64,000 bases of DNA from Acidimicrobiia bacterium. Lineage in GTDB: Bacteria; Actinomycetota; Acidimicrobiia; Acidimicrobiales; JANYDT01. Below, one piece after another: positions 47,106 to 54,074 of the stretch (position 1 is the stretch's first letter; every line of letters begins with the position of its first letter). Under the pieces are notes generated by a model. The model ran no database searches, was not told where the DNA came from, and saw nothing but the letters and a program-made list of their open reading frames with translations. The stretch spans positions 5,689 through 69,688 of the forward strand of contig JAYSSR010000038.1 of assembly GCA_043720395.1 (NCBI GenBank), read 5' to 3'. Made by a program: the position numbers and the translations under genes.

Positions 47106-50100
47106 CTACGTGCGCTTAGTTCGTCGCTGTAGTTCGTTCGACTCAATGTGAGATTCAAGCAACTCAGCAAGCTGAGGAAGGTTTTTCGGTGCGATCATCG
47201 AAAAGTGGTCGCCCGGAGCGTCCCGAACCTCGAACGTGCCAACGATGTTGGCCGCAAGGCCGTATCCCTCCGGGTACGCCGGCCATTCGGTAGCTGCACG
47301 TGCGAGCAAGACATTCACCCTGTAGATGCCCATTTCGTGAAGGTCGTACGCACGCTTGAAGTCGAGCTCCGCTGCGACTTCCGCCGTTGCATCATGGAGT
47401 TCATCGGCAGGCACCCCCGACTGCCGCGAAAACCTGCGGTCCAACACCCCTCGTGCCCATGGCATCACTGCGACCGGACCTCGTCTCCACAGGTTCCGGG
47501 CCACATTACGCAACTTGGCACCGATCGGCGGATTGAACCCGCGTGGAGGCACGGTGTCGAGGAGGATAACCGAGACAACATCGCGAGCGCGTTTGCGGAG
47601 TTCCTCAGCCATTTCGAGAGCGATGACGCCGCCACCGGAATATCCAGCAAGGAAGAACGGTCCCTCCGGCTGAACTTCCATCAATCGGGACGCGTACCGT
47701 TGTGCCATAGCGGAAATGCTTGCGTCGGCAAACCCACCGATAACCCAATTCGCCTGATAGCCGTACACGCTTCGATCGCCCCGCAAGGCGCGGGCAAGGA
47801 GCCGGAGCCCGACGAGATTGCCTCCTGCGCCGTGCACCATGTGCAGTGGAGTGGTCGTCGAATTCCGTCCCTCACGCAGCGTGATTGCAACCGACAGGTC
47901 CAGTGCCCGTTCCGGGGAGCGAAGAACGGCGAATGCGTTCGGGCTTGGGGCGATCACCAGCATCGGAAGCGAGGCAGTGCCTCCCAGCTCCCGACGGATG
48001 CGCGCCAACAGCCGTAAGCCCAGCAGTGAGTGGCCCCCGGCTTGGAAGAAGTCCGTATTCTCATCGGCAGCGGGGTCCCCGAGGACGTCGCGCCACAGCA
48101 GCGTAAGTCGCTCAAGGTCTGGCGCGCCGGTTGTCTCTGGCGATGTCGTGTTGACGAGGTGCCCTCCGTGTTCGACGGCACCCGATCTGGCCACGTCCGC
48201 TCGGCCAAGCACGGATTCGGCCCCAGCATGTGTGGACGCAGACTCCGGCTCACCAATAGTCACCAGGATCGCGTCGAAGCCGCTCGTCGAGGCGTGAACC
48301 AGCGCGCTACGAGCACGACTGGCCGTCATGGCGAGCGGTGCCGCCGCCGGGCTTGTCCATACGTCGCGAACTCGCCTCAGTTCACATCCCCTGAATACGG
48401 CGATCACCCCGTCGGCGTCGACTAGTCGAAGGTCGAAACAAACGAGGTCTGTGGTCATTTCACGCCGTCGGATCACAACATCGAACGCACCCTCGACGGG
48501 GCGGAACACCTCGACCGACGCAAACTGGGCCGGAACCCAAAATCCGACGGCAGCGCCTACGGAACCTTCCAGCCCAAGAGCGAGTGCCAAATCAAGGGCC
48601 GCCGGGTGCACGATCCACGACGAGTGCTCCGCGGCATACGACGCAAGAACAACTCGACCGAAGTCACGGTCCGACGAGCCTTGGACGTTCGCATTCCAGT
48701 GAGGCCCGACTACGAGCGAGCGGGTTTGATTTCTGAACACGTCAACGACTTCGAAGTCCGACGCAGCCCGAATCTCCGAGCCGTCGTAGGAATCGCCGAG
48801 GTCGTCGGTCGGCGGTGCGGCCACAATCGCCTGACTGTGCAGCGTCCACGTGTCGCCACCGGCCGGACGCCCCTCAACCCGCACAGCGCGGATGTCGCGG
48901 TCTGGCGGATCGAGGACGGCCCGAACCTCGACGACGACGTCGTCGTCGCAGAGCAGCGGCTCGATGATCGTGACGTCGACGATGTGGCGCGACGCGGGGC
49001 CTTCGCCGAGCGCGGCGAGCATCAGTGCAATATGTGCGGTGGCAGGGAGGACGGCACGCTCCGCAATGCGATGCTCGTTCAAGATCCACGTCTCGGTAGG
49101 GAGCGCAGAACCCGAAAGGACGATGGACCCGTCGGCGAGGGCATCGCGAACGTTGAAGAACGGGTGCGAAATCGAAATCGAGCCATGGACCACAGGCGTG
49201 CTGGCCATGCCGCCATCGCAGAATCGTCCCCAAGCGATGGTCGCGATTCGCGACGACCCTCGGGCCCCTGCGAGCGCCTCGACAACCGCGTTAGCAGCGA
49301 TGTACGCAGCCTGGCCGGGGATGCCGAGCGTGGTGCTCGCCGAGCCGACGAGCTGCACCAACGTGTCCGGGCGACTCTCGGCGTACCCGACCAATCGTTC
49401 AGCGATCATGAGCTTCGCCGCCAGCACCGCCTCCACGTCGTCCTCGGTCAACTGAGCGAGGAGACGGTCATGAAGCACACCGACCGCGTGGACGACCGAG
49501 TCGAACTCACTCGTTCGCAGCACCGCATCCAATTCCTTCGCGTTCGCCGCATCGACCACGCGGAGACTCACGGTGCGGCCAGCTTCGGTGGCCAACGCTT
49601 CGAGCTGAGCAAGGCGTCGAAGACGCTGGGATTGCGGTTCAGCGGGACCGTGTGTTGCAAGCCATGCCGATGCGTCAAGCGGAAGTTCAGACCTGGTCGT
49701 GACCGCAACGTCAGAACCGCTGGCGAGAAGCGCGGCTGCGTGAATGGCACCGACGTGTCCGAGGCCACCGAGCACAAGGCCGCATCGCCGCGACACGGCG
49801 TCGGCATGGTCCGTCAAGTCAGCACCTGTGACGGTGCGTGTCCAGGCCCGCCGCTTCGCTCCGTCGTGCCCCACGCCGACAACGCCGACGATTTCCGGGT
49901 CCATCAGAAGATCAACAATCGGTCCCAACACGCCCGACGGGGGTTCCGTGGAACCGCCGGACGCAGCACTGGAATGGCTCGCGAGGTCCACCACGATCCC
50001 GGTCAGTCCCGGGTATTCCTGTGCGAGGACGCCGGTAACACCCGCCGCGGCCGCCAGCCCTGGGTTGGCCGCCGGTGATGTTGGACTCGGCCATGCTCCG

Positions 50101-53100
50101 ACCGTCAGCACCGCTAAGCGGCCGACACCTGTTTCCGTCCGCTCGAAGAGCTGATTCGCTGCCTGTGCGCAGCGCCGGACCAATGAGGCGGCAACGTGTT
50201 CGAGTTGACGATCCCCTCCTCGCGTCACGACAAGTGCGCCAGTAAGTGGTGCGTTGGGCATCTCCTCGCCGGAGTTCACAAGGTGGATGCCGCGACGTTC
50301 CAGAGCGATGGAGAGCGCAGCGGCCACCCGGTCGTCGGGCTCTGCGTCGAGTAGCCAAACTCCGGCATACGCCGCTGACTCCTGGGACACCACCGGTGTC
50401 CAGGTCGGAACCGACACGACGACGTCGTGCGACTTCGAAGCTCCTGATTCAGGCGCGTCCGGACTGGCCGCAGTTGTCGAGACCCCTGCGCTCGGTCGCA
50501 CGGGATCGATCCAGGCGCGGTGCCGGTCGAGGCGCGGTACGGGAAGGCGTACTCGACGAACTGACGCGTCGACGAGGCGCCTCGCGTCAAGGTTTGCGCC
50601 ATGGCACCAAAGCTGTGTGACGCCATGCAGCAACCCGGTGACGGCGTCGGCATCGATGCCTCCGAGAATTGGAATCACCGTCGAACTTGGCTCCAGCGTT
50701 CGAACTGCTGCGGTGAGTACTTTCCCCGGAGCGACCTCGATTCCGAGGAACGGGCCGTCTGTTGCCGCGGCCCGTACCGCATCGCTGAAGCGGACGGTGC
50801 CGCGCAGCTCGTCAACCCAATACGCAGCGTCGAGCAGACCATCGAATCGGCCACCGGTCTGTGTCGAGTAGAACGCGATCTCCGGACGCCTCTGCGTCGT
50901 GTCGTTCATCCGCGCTCGGAACGCATCGAGATGGTCGTCGAGTCCACGGAAATGGGCGGCCGCCGCGAGGTTGACCCGTCGACAGTCGATGTCCGCACTG
51001 CGCAAAGCGCGTTCGAACAGGTCAATATCGGAAGTCGCGCCCGAATACACCAGTTCGTCGGGAGCATTCACCACCGCCAGATCGAGCGCGTCCGAAAGGT
51101 ACGGCCGCAGTTCGGACGCGGAAGCGAACACGGCGATCATTGCGGCCCCAGACGCTCCCGAACGCACTGGGTGGGCGGGCGGGGAATTCGCTGGGCGGGA
51201 CGCGTTCGCAATCGCCTCGGCACGCGCTCCGATGCCAATCACCGCGTCGCGCAGCGTTGCCGCGCCTGCCGCAACAGCCGCCGCATGCTCACCCATACTG
51301 TGACCGAGCACCCCCGCTGGGGCGATACCCCAATCCACGAGCTGCCGGCTCAAGGCATACTCCGCAACAAACAACGCCGGGAGCCCGACCGCGGGGTTGC
51401 GCAGACGCTCATCGATCGCGTCATCGCGTCCTGCGCGGAGCAGATCGCCAAGGTCCAGTCCCAGTTCCGTCCGTGCGGCGGCCACGGCTTGCTCGACCGC
51501 GTCATTGAACGTCCGAAAGCGGGGACCGGGCGCTGCGAGCAGTTCCGAGATCATCCCCGAACGCTGTGGTCCGGCACCTGGGAAAAGGAACAGCACCCTT
51601 GCCGATTGACTCGCCTGTACTGGCTTGACTGCATCGAGACCGCGCCGAAGATCGTCGGACGACGACCCGATCACGCCAGCTCGCCAGGCGTGCGCCGAGC
51701 GGCCGACGCCAAACGTCGCAGCTACCTGCGCGGGTGTCGGCAAGGTCGGAGCGGGTGTCGCGATTGTCCTGCCGACTCGTTCGGCAAGGTTGCAAAGACT
51801 CTCCGCCGTGGGCGCCGAGATCAACAACACCGACGGGTCCACGATGCCACCAACGACCGCCGCGGCGTCGCTGGAAGCCGCGGCCTCCACCAACTCCCCG
51901 CCCGCCCCCCCGGTCAACTCCCCGCCCGCCCCCCCGGTGAACTCTTCGACGATCACGTGCGCATTCGTCCCGCCGACACCGAGTGACGTCACACCTGCGC
52001 GCCGAGGTGCGGGTGCGTCCCATACCTCGAGTTCCGTGACGATCCGAAGTCCAGCACCAGCAAGGTCGATGAGGGGATTCGGTTCGGAGAAGTTGGCCTG
52101 TGGCGTGATCGTCCGTCGACGCAGCGATTCAACGATTTTGATGAGACCCGCGATCCCGGCGGCCGTGTCGGCGTGGCCGATGTTCGCCTTGATCGATCCA
52201 ACGGCGGGCAAGGTGGCAGTTGGCTCGGCATCGCGGCGATCTCGCGTTTTCAGCGCCTCAGACAGGGACGCGAACTCAATCGGATCACCAAGTGCAGTTC
52301 CGGTGCCGTGCGCCTCAATGAGCGAGACCGACGATGCTTCGATGCCTGCGACCGACAAGGCCTCACGGACGACGTCGACTTGGCCCTCCACGCTCGGCGC
52401 GTAGTAGCTCACCTTTCGCTGACCGTCGTTGTTGATGGCCGTACCTCGGAGCACGGCGAGGATCGGATCGTTTGCGGCAACGGCGTCCTCGTAGCGGCGC
52501 AGCGTCACCAGGCCCGCGCCGCTGCTGAGGACCGTTCCGGTCGCACGAGCATCGAAGGGTCGGCAGTATCCATCCGCGCTGAGCACTTCGCCAGCGACGT
52601 AGCGGTAACCAGCGCGCACGGGCACCTCGATCGTCGCCGCCCCCGCGAGAGCGAGGTCACACTCGAACGAGAGCAAGGCCTGTACGGCGAGGTGCACGGC
52701 CGTCAACGAGGTCGAGCATGCCGTCTGCACGCTCAGCGCGGGGCCTCGGAGATCGAGCCGATACGCGAGAGTGGTAGCGGCGAAATCTTTGTCGTTGCCA
52801 AGGTGTCGTAATCCAAACCAGCCGAGGTCTCGAATCAGGTCGGGGCGGCTCAGCAGGTTACGGGCGAGATAGGTGTTGTAACCGACGCCGACATAGACGC
52901 CGACACCGTCACGGAGGCGCTCCAGCTGGTGCGTGCCGGATTCGAGGGCTTCCCACGCGAGCTCCAGCAGGTGACGAATCTGCGGATCGATAAGGGCCGC
53001 CTCGCTCGGCGCAATCCCGAATCGGGCGGCGTCGAAGAGTTCGGGGTCGGCGAGATCGCCACCGCGTCGGATGCGCTCGGGGTCGGCCAAGTCGTGCGGC

Positions 53101-53288
53101 TCAAGGCCTGCCGCGATCAGATCGTCAACGGTCAGATCTGCGATCCCCTCACGGCCCGAGGCCAGAAGGTCCCACAGCTCGTCGGTATCGCGAGCACCAG
53201 CAAAGCGACCGGACATCCCGGTAATCGCGATTGCCCCCTCGAAGTGTTCAGAACCAGAGTTCACTGGGTGGGCGGGCGGCGAACTCAA
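47106..53288 (-). CDS. Type I polyketide synthase, single module KS-AT-KR-DH-ACP-TE (2060 aa)
   Basis: KS: IAITGMSGRFAG, VQTACSTSL, EAHGTGTALGDPIE, GSIKANIGHADTAAG. AT: FLFPGAGPQRSGM, GHSMGE. KR: LVLGGLGHVG, GQAAYIAANA. DH: HPFFNV, LNEHRIAERAVLP, VHPAALDLAL. ACP: FFQAGGHSLLGL. TE: MVHGAGGN, GYSGGG, PGDHFSM. The listed start is TTG at 53288; GTG at 53264 is an alternative. Confidence 0.9.
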   Translation of the reverse strand: MSSPPAHPVNSGSEHFEGAIAITGMSGRFAGARDTDELWDLLASGREGIADLTVDDLIAAGLEPHDLADPERIRRGGDLADPELFDAARFGIAPSEAALIDPQIRHLLELAWEALESGTHQLERLRDGVGVYVGVGYNTYLARNLLSRPDLIRDLGWFGLRHLGNDKDFAATTLAYRLDLRGPALSVQTACSTSLTAVHLAVQALLSFECDLALAGAATIEVPVRAGYRYVAGEVLSADGYCRPFDARATGTVLSSGAGLVTLRRYEDAVAANDPILAVLRGTAINNDGQRKVSYYAPSVEGQVDVVREALSVAGIEASSVSLIEAHGTGTALGDPIEFASLSEALKTRDRRDAEPTATLPAVGSIKANIGHADTAAGIAGLIKIVESLRRRTITPQANFSEPNPLIDLAGAGLRIVTELEVWDAPAPRRAGVTSLGVGGTNAHVIVEEFTGGAGGELTGGAGGELVEAAASSDAAAVVGGIVDPSVLLISAPTAESLCNLAERVGRTIATPAPTLPTPAQVAATFGVGRSAHAWRAGVIGSSSDDLRRGLDAVKPVQASQSARVLFLFPGAGPQRSGMISELLAAPGPRFRTFNDAVEQAVAAARTELGLDLGDLLRAGRDDAIDERLRNPAVGLPALFVAEYALSRQLVDWGIAPAGVLGHSMGEHAAAVAAGAATLRDAVIGIGARAEAIANASRPANSPPAHPVRSGASGAAMIAVFASASELRPYLSDALDLAVVNAPDELVYSGATSDIDLFERALRSADIDCRRVNLAAAAHFRGLDDHLDAFRARMNDTTQRRPEIAFYSTQTGGRFDGLLDAAYWVDELRGTVRFSDAVRAAATDGPFLGIEVAPGKVLTAAVRTLEPSSTVIPILGGIDADAVTGLLHGVTQLWCHGANLDARRLVDASVRRVRLPVPRLDRHRAWIDPVRPSAGVSTTAASPDAPESGASKSHDVVVSVPTWTPVVSQESAAYAGVWLLDAEPDDRVAAALSIALERRGIHLVNSGEEMPNAPLTGALVVTRGGDRQLEHVAASLVRRCAQAANQLFERTETGVGRLAVLTVGAWPSPTSPAANPGLAAAAGVTGVLAQEYPGLTGIVVDLASHSSAASGGSTEPPSGVLGPIVDLLMDPEIVGVVGVGHDGAKRRAWTRTVTGADLTDHADAVSRRCGLVLGGLGHVGAIHAAALLASGSDVAVTTRSELPLDASAWLATHGPAEPQSQRLRRLAQLEALATEAGRTVSLRVVDAANAKELDAVLRTSEFDSVVHAVGVLHDRLLAQLTEDDVEAVLAAKLMIAERLVGYAESRPDTLVQLVGSASTTLGIPGQAAYIAANAVVEALAGARGSSRIATIAWGRFCDGGMASTPVVHGSISISHPFFNVRDALADGSIVLSGSALPTETWILNEHRIAERAVLPATAHIALMLAALGEGPASRHIVDVTIIEPLLCDDDVVVEVRAVLDPPDRDIRAVRVEGRPAGGDTWTLHSQAIVAAPPTDDLGDSYDGSEIRAASDFEVVDVFRNQTRSLVVGPHWNANVQGSSDRDFGRVVLASYAAEHSSWIVHPAALDLALALGLEGSVGAAVGFWVPAQFASVEVFRPVEGAFDVVIRRREMTTDLVCFDLRLVDADGVIAVFRGCELRRVRDVWTSPAAAPLAMTASRARSALVHASTSGFDAILVTIGEPESASTHAGAESVLGRADVARSGAVEHGGHLVNTTSPETTGAPDLERLTLLWRDVLGDPAADENTDFFQAGGHSLLGLRLLARIRRELGGTASLPMLVIAPSPNAFAVLRSPERALDLSVAITLREGRNSTTTPLHMVHGAGGNLVGLRLLARALRGDRSVYGYQANWVIGGFADASISAMAQRYASRLMEVQPEGPFFLAGYSGGGVIALEMAEELRKRARDVVSVILLDTVPPRGFNPPIGAKLRNVARNLWRRGPVAVMPWARGVLDRRFSRQSGVPADELHDATAEVAAELDFKRAYDLHEMGIYRVNVLLARAATEWPAYPEGYGLAANIVGTFEVRDAPGDHFSMIAPKNLPQLAELLESHIESNELQRRTKRT
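47154..47861 (-). other. PKS thioesterase domain (approximate)
   Basis: aa ~1810-2045. GYSGGG (GxSxG), LLDT, GDHFSM. Confidence 0.75.
47904..48125 (-). other. PKS acyl carrier protein domain (approximate)
   Basis: aa ~1722-1795. GGHSLLGLRLLARI phosphopantetheine-attachment Ser motif. Confidence 0.8.
48369..49166 (-). other. PKS hot-dog (PS-DH-like) domain located after the KR (approximate)
   Basis: aa ~1375-1640. HPFFNV, HxxxExxxxP (LNEHRIAERAVLP), HPAALDLAL. Confidence 0.6.
49224..50411 (-). other. PKS ketoreductase domain including structural subdomain (approximate)
   Basis: aa ~960-1355. RLAVLTVGAWP...GLTGIVVDL (psi-KR-like), GGLGHVG Rossmann motif, and Tyr in GQAAYIAANA. Confidence 0.7.
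50709..51599 (-). other. PKS acyltransferase domain (approximate)
   Basis: aa ~564-860. GHSMGE nucleophile and a downstream AAAHF region. Interrupted by a repeat-derived insertion at aa 698-716. Confidence 0.75.
51165..51190 (+). repeat. G-tract repeat copy A (CACTGGGTGGGCGGGCGGGGAATTCG) inside the AT-coding region
   Basis: Seen directly. On the coding (minus) strand it encodes NSPPAHPVRS. Confidence 0.9.
51891..51938 (-). repeat. Two tandem inverted-orientation copies of the 24-nt unit (plus-strand CAACTCCCCGCCCGCCCCCCCGGT x2) in the KS-AT linker coding region
   Basis: Exact 24-nt tandem duplication. The reverse complement ACCGGGGGGGCGGGCGGGGAGTTG matches 20/24 positions of copy A. Encodes TGGAGGEL twice. 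Confidence 0.9.
51948..53237 (-). other. PKS ketosynthase domain (approximate)
   Basis: aa ~18-447. Active-site Cys in TACSTS, His in EAHGTG and IGHADTA. Confidence 0.8.
53262..53287 (+). repeat. G-tract repeat copy B (CACTGGGTGGGCGGGCGGCGAACTCA) spanning the PKS start region
   Basis: Seen directly. On the minus strand it encodes SSPPAHPVN at PKS residues 2-10. Confidence 0.9.
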
Positions 53289-53297
53289 AATGCCTGA

Positions 53298-53867
53298 TCA
53301 GCTCGTTCGGAAGTTTTCAAAATAACGACTCGGAGTCGGTCCTCGCTGGCCCTGATACTTGGAGCCCAGAGCAGACGAGCCGTACGGGTTATCAGCAGGA
53401 GATGTCATTCGAAGAAAGCTGATCTGGCCAATTTTCATACCCGGGTACAACGTGATCGGCAGGGTGGCCGCATTGCTCAATTCCAGCGTGATGTGCCCAT
53501 CAAAGCCTGGATCGATGAAGCCTGCCGTGGAATGAATCACGAGACCTAATCGTCCAAGGCTCGATTTGCCCTCGATCCGGGCCACAAGGTCGGCCGGCAC
53601 GGCAATCCTCTCAGCGGTCGCGCCCAGTACGAACTCACCGGGGTGGAGAATGAACACGTCGTCCTCACCGATCTCGATGAGTTCAGTGAGATCTTCCTGA
53701 TTCTCTTTGACGTCGATAACGGCAGTCGTGTGATTGCGAAACACGCGAAAATATCGATCGACTCGAAGGTCGATCGACGATGGCTGGATGTTCGCCGGTT
53801 CAAACGGGTCAACCACAATTCGCCCCGCGGCAATCTCTTCGCGAAGCGTCCGGTCGGAGAGGATCAT
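53298..53867 (-). CDS. dcd: dCTP deaminase (dCTP deaminase/dUTPase family)
   Basis: [12 protein letters not shown]...[10 protein letters not shown]...[31 protein letters not shown] are classic Dcd motifs. Confidence 0.9.
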   Translation of the reverse strand: MILSDRTLREEIAAGRIVVDPFEPANIQPSSIDLRVDRYFRVFRNHTTAVIDVKENQEDLTELIEIGEDDVFILHPGEFVLGATAERIAVPADLVARIEGKSSLGRLGLVIHSTAGFIDPGFDGHITLELSNAATLPITLYPGMKIGQISFLRMTSPADNPYGSSALGSKYQGQRGPTPSRYFENFRTS

Positions 53868-53931
53868 GGGGGGAGAGTCCAGAGTTGGCGGACCAGACGT
53901 TCAGGCCACGGGACCACGCAGCGTAGTAGGT

Positions 53932-54003
53932 CACTGGGTGGGTGGGCGGGAAACTCACTGGGTGGGCGGGCGGGAAACTCACTGGGTGGGTGGCGGGGAG
54001 CCC
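53932..54003 (+). repeat. 3 x 24-nt tandem G-tract repeats (CACTGGGTGGGYGGGCGGGAAACT)
   Basis: Copies start at 53932, 53956 and 53980; the third is degenerate (CACTGGGTGGGTGGCGGGGAGCC). Each unit contains GGGTGGGCGGGCGGG, four G3 tracts with 1-nt loops. Intergenic, upstream of dcd. Confidence 0.9.
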
Positions 54004-54016
54004 GTCGAAGCGCCAC

Positions 54017-54074
54017 GGCTCGCACACCCGACGAAGTCGCGGCGGCTCGCACACCCGACGAAGTCGCGGCGGCT
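54017..54074 (+). repeat. 2 x 27-nt perfect tandem repeat (GGCTCGCACACCCGACGAAGTCGCGGC) plus a partial third unit
   Basis: Copies at 54017-54043 and 54044-54070, then GGCT. Abuts and overlaps the stop codon of the GH16 gene at 54073. Confidence 0.9.

Noticed and set aside
53932-54074. Repeat arrays considered as a possible CRISPR locus
   Set aside because: The units are directly abutting tandem repeats (24 nt x3, 27 nt x2) with no unique spacers. No cas genes occur in the window.
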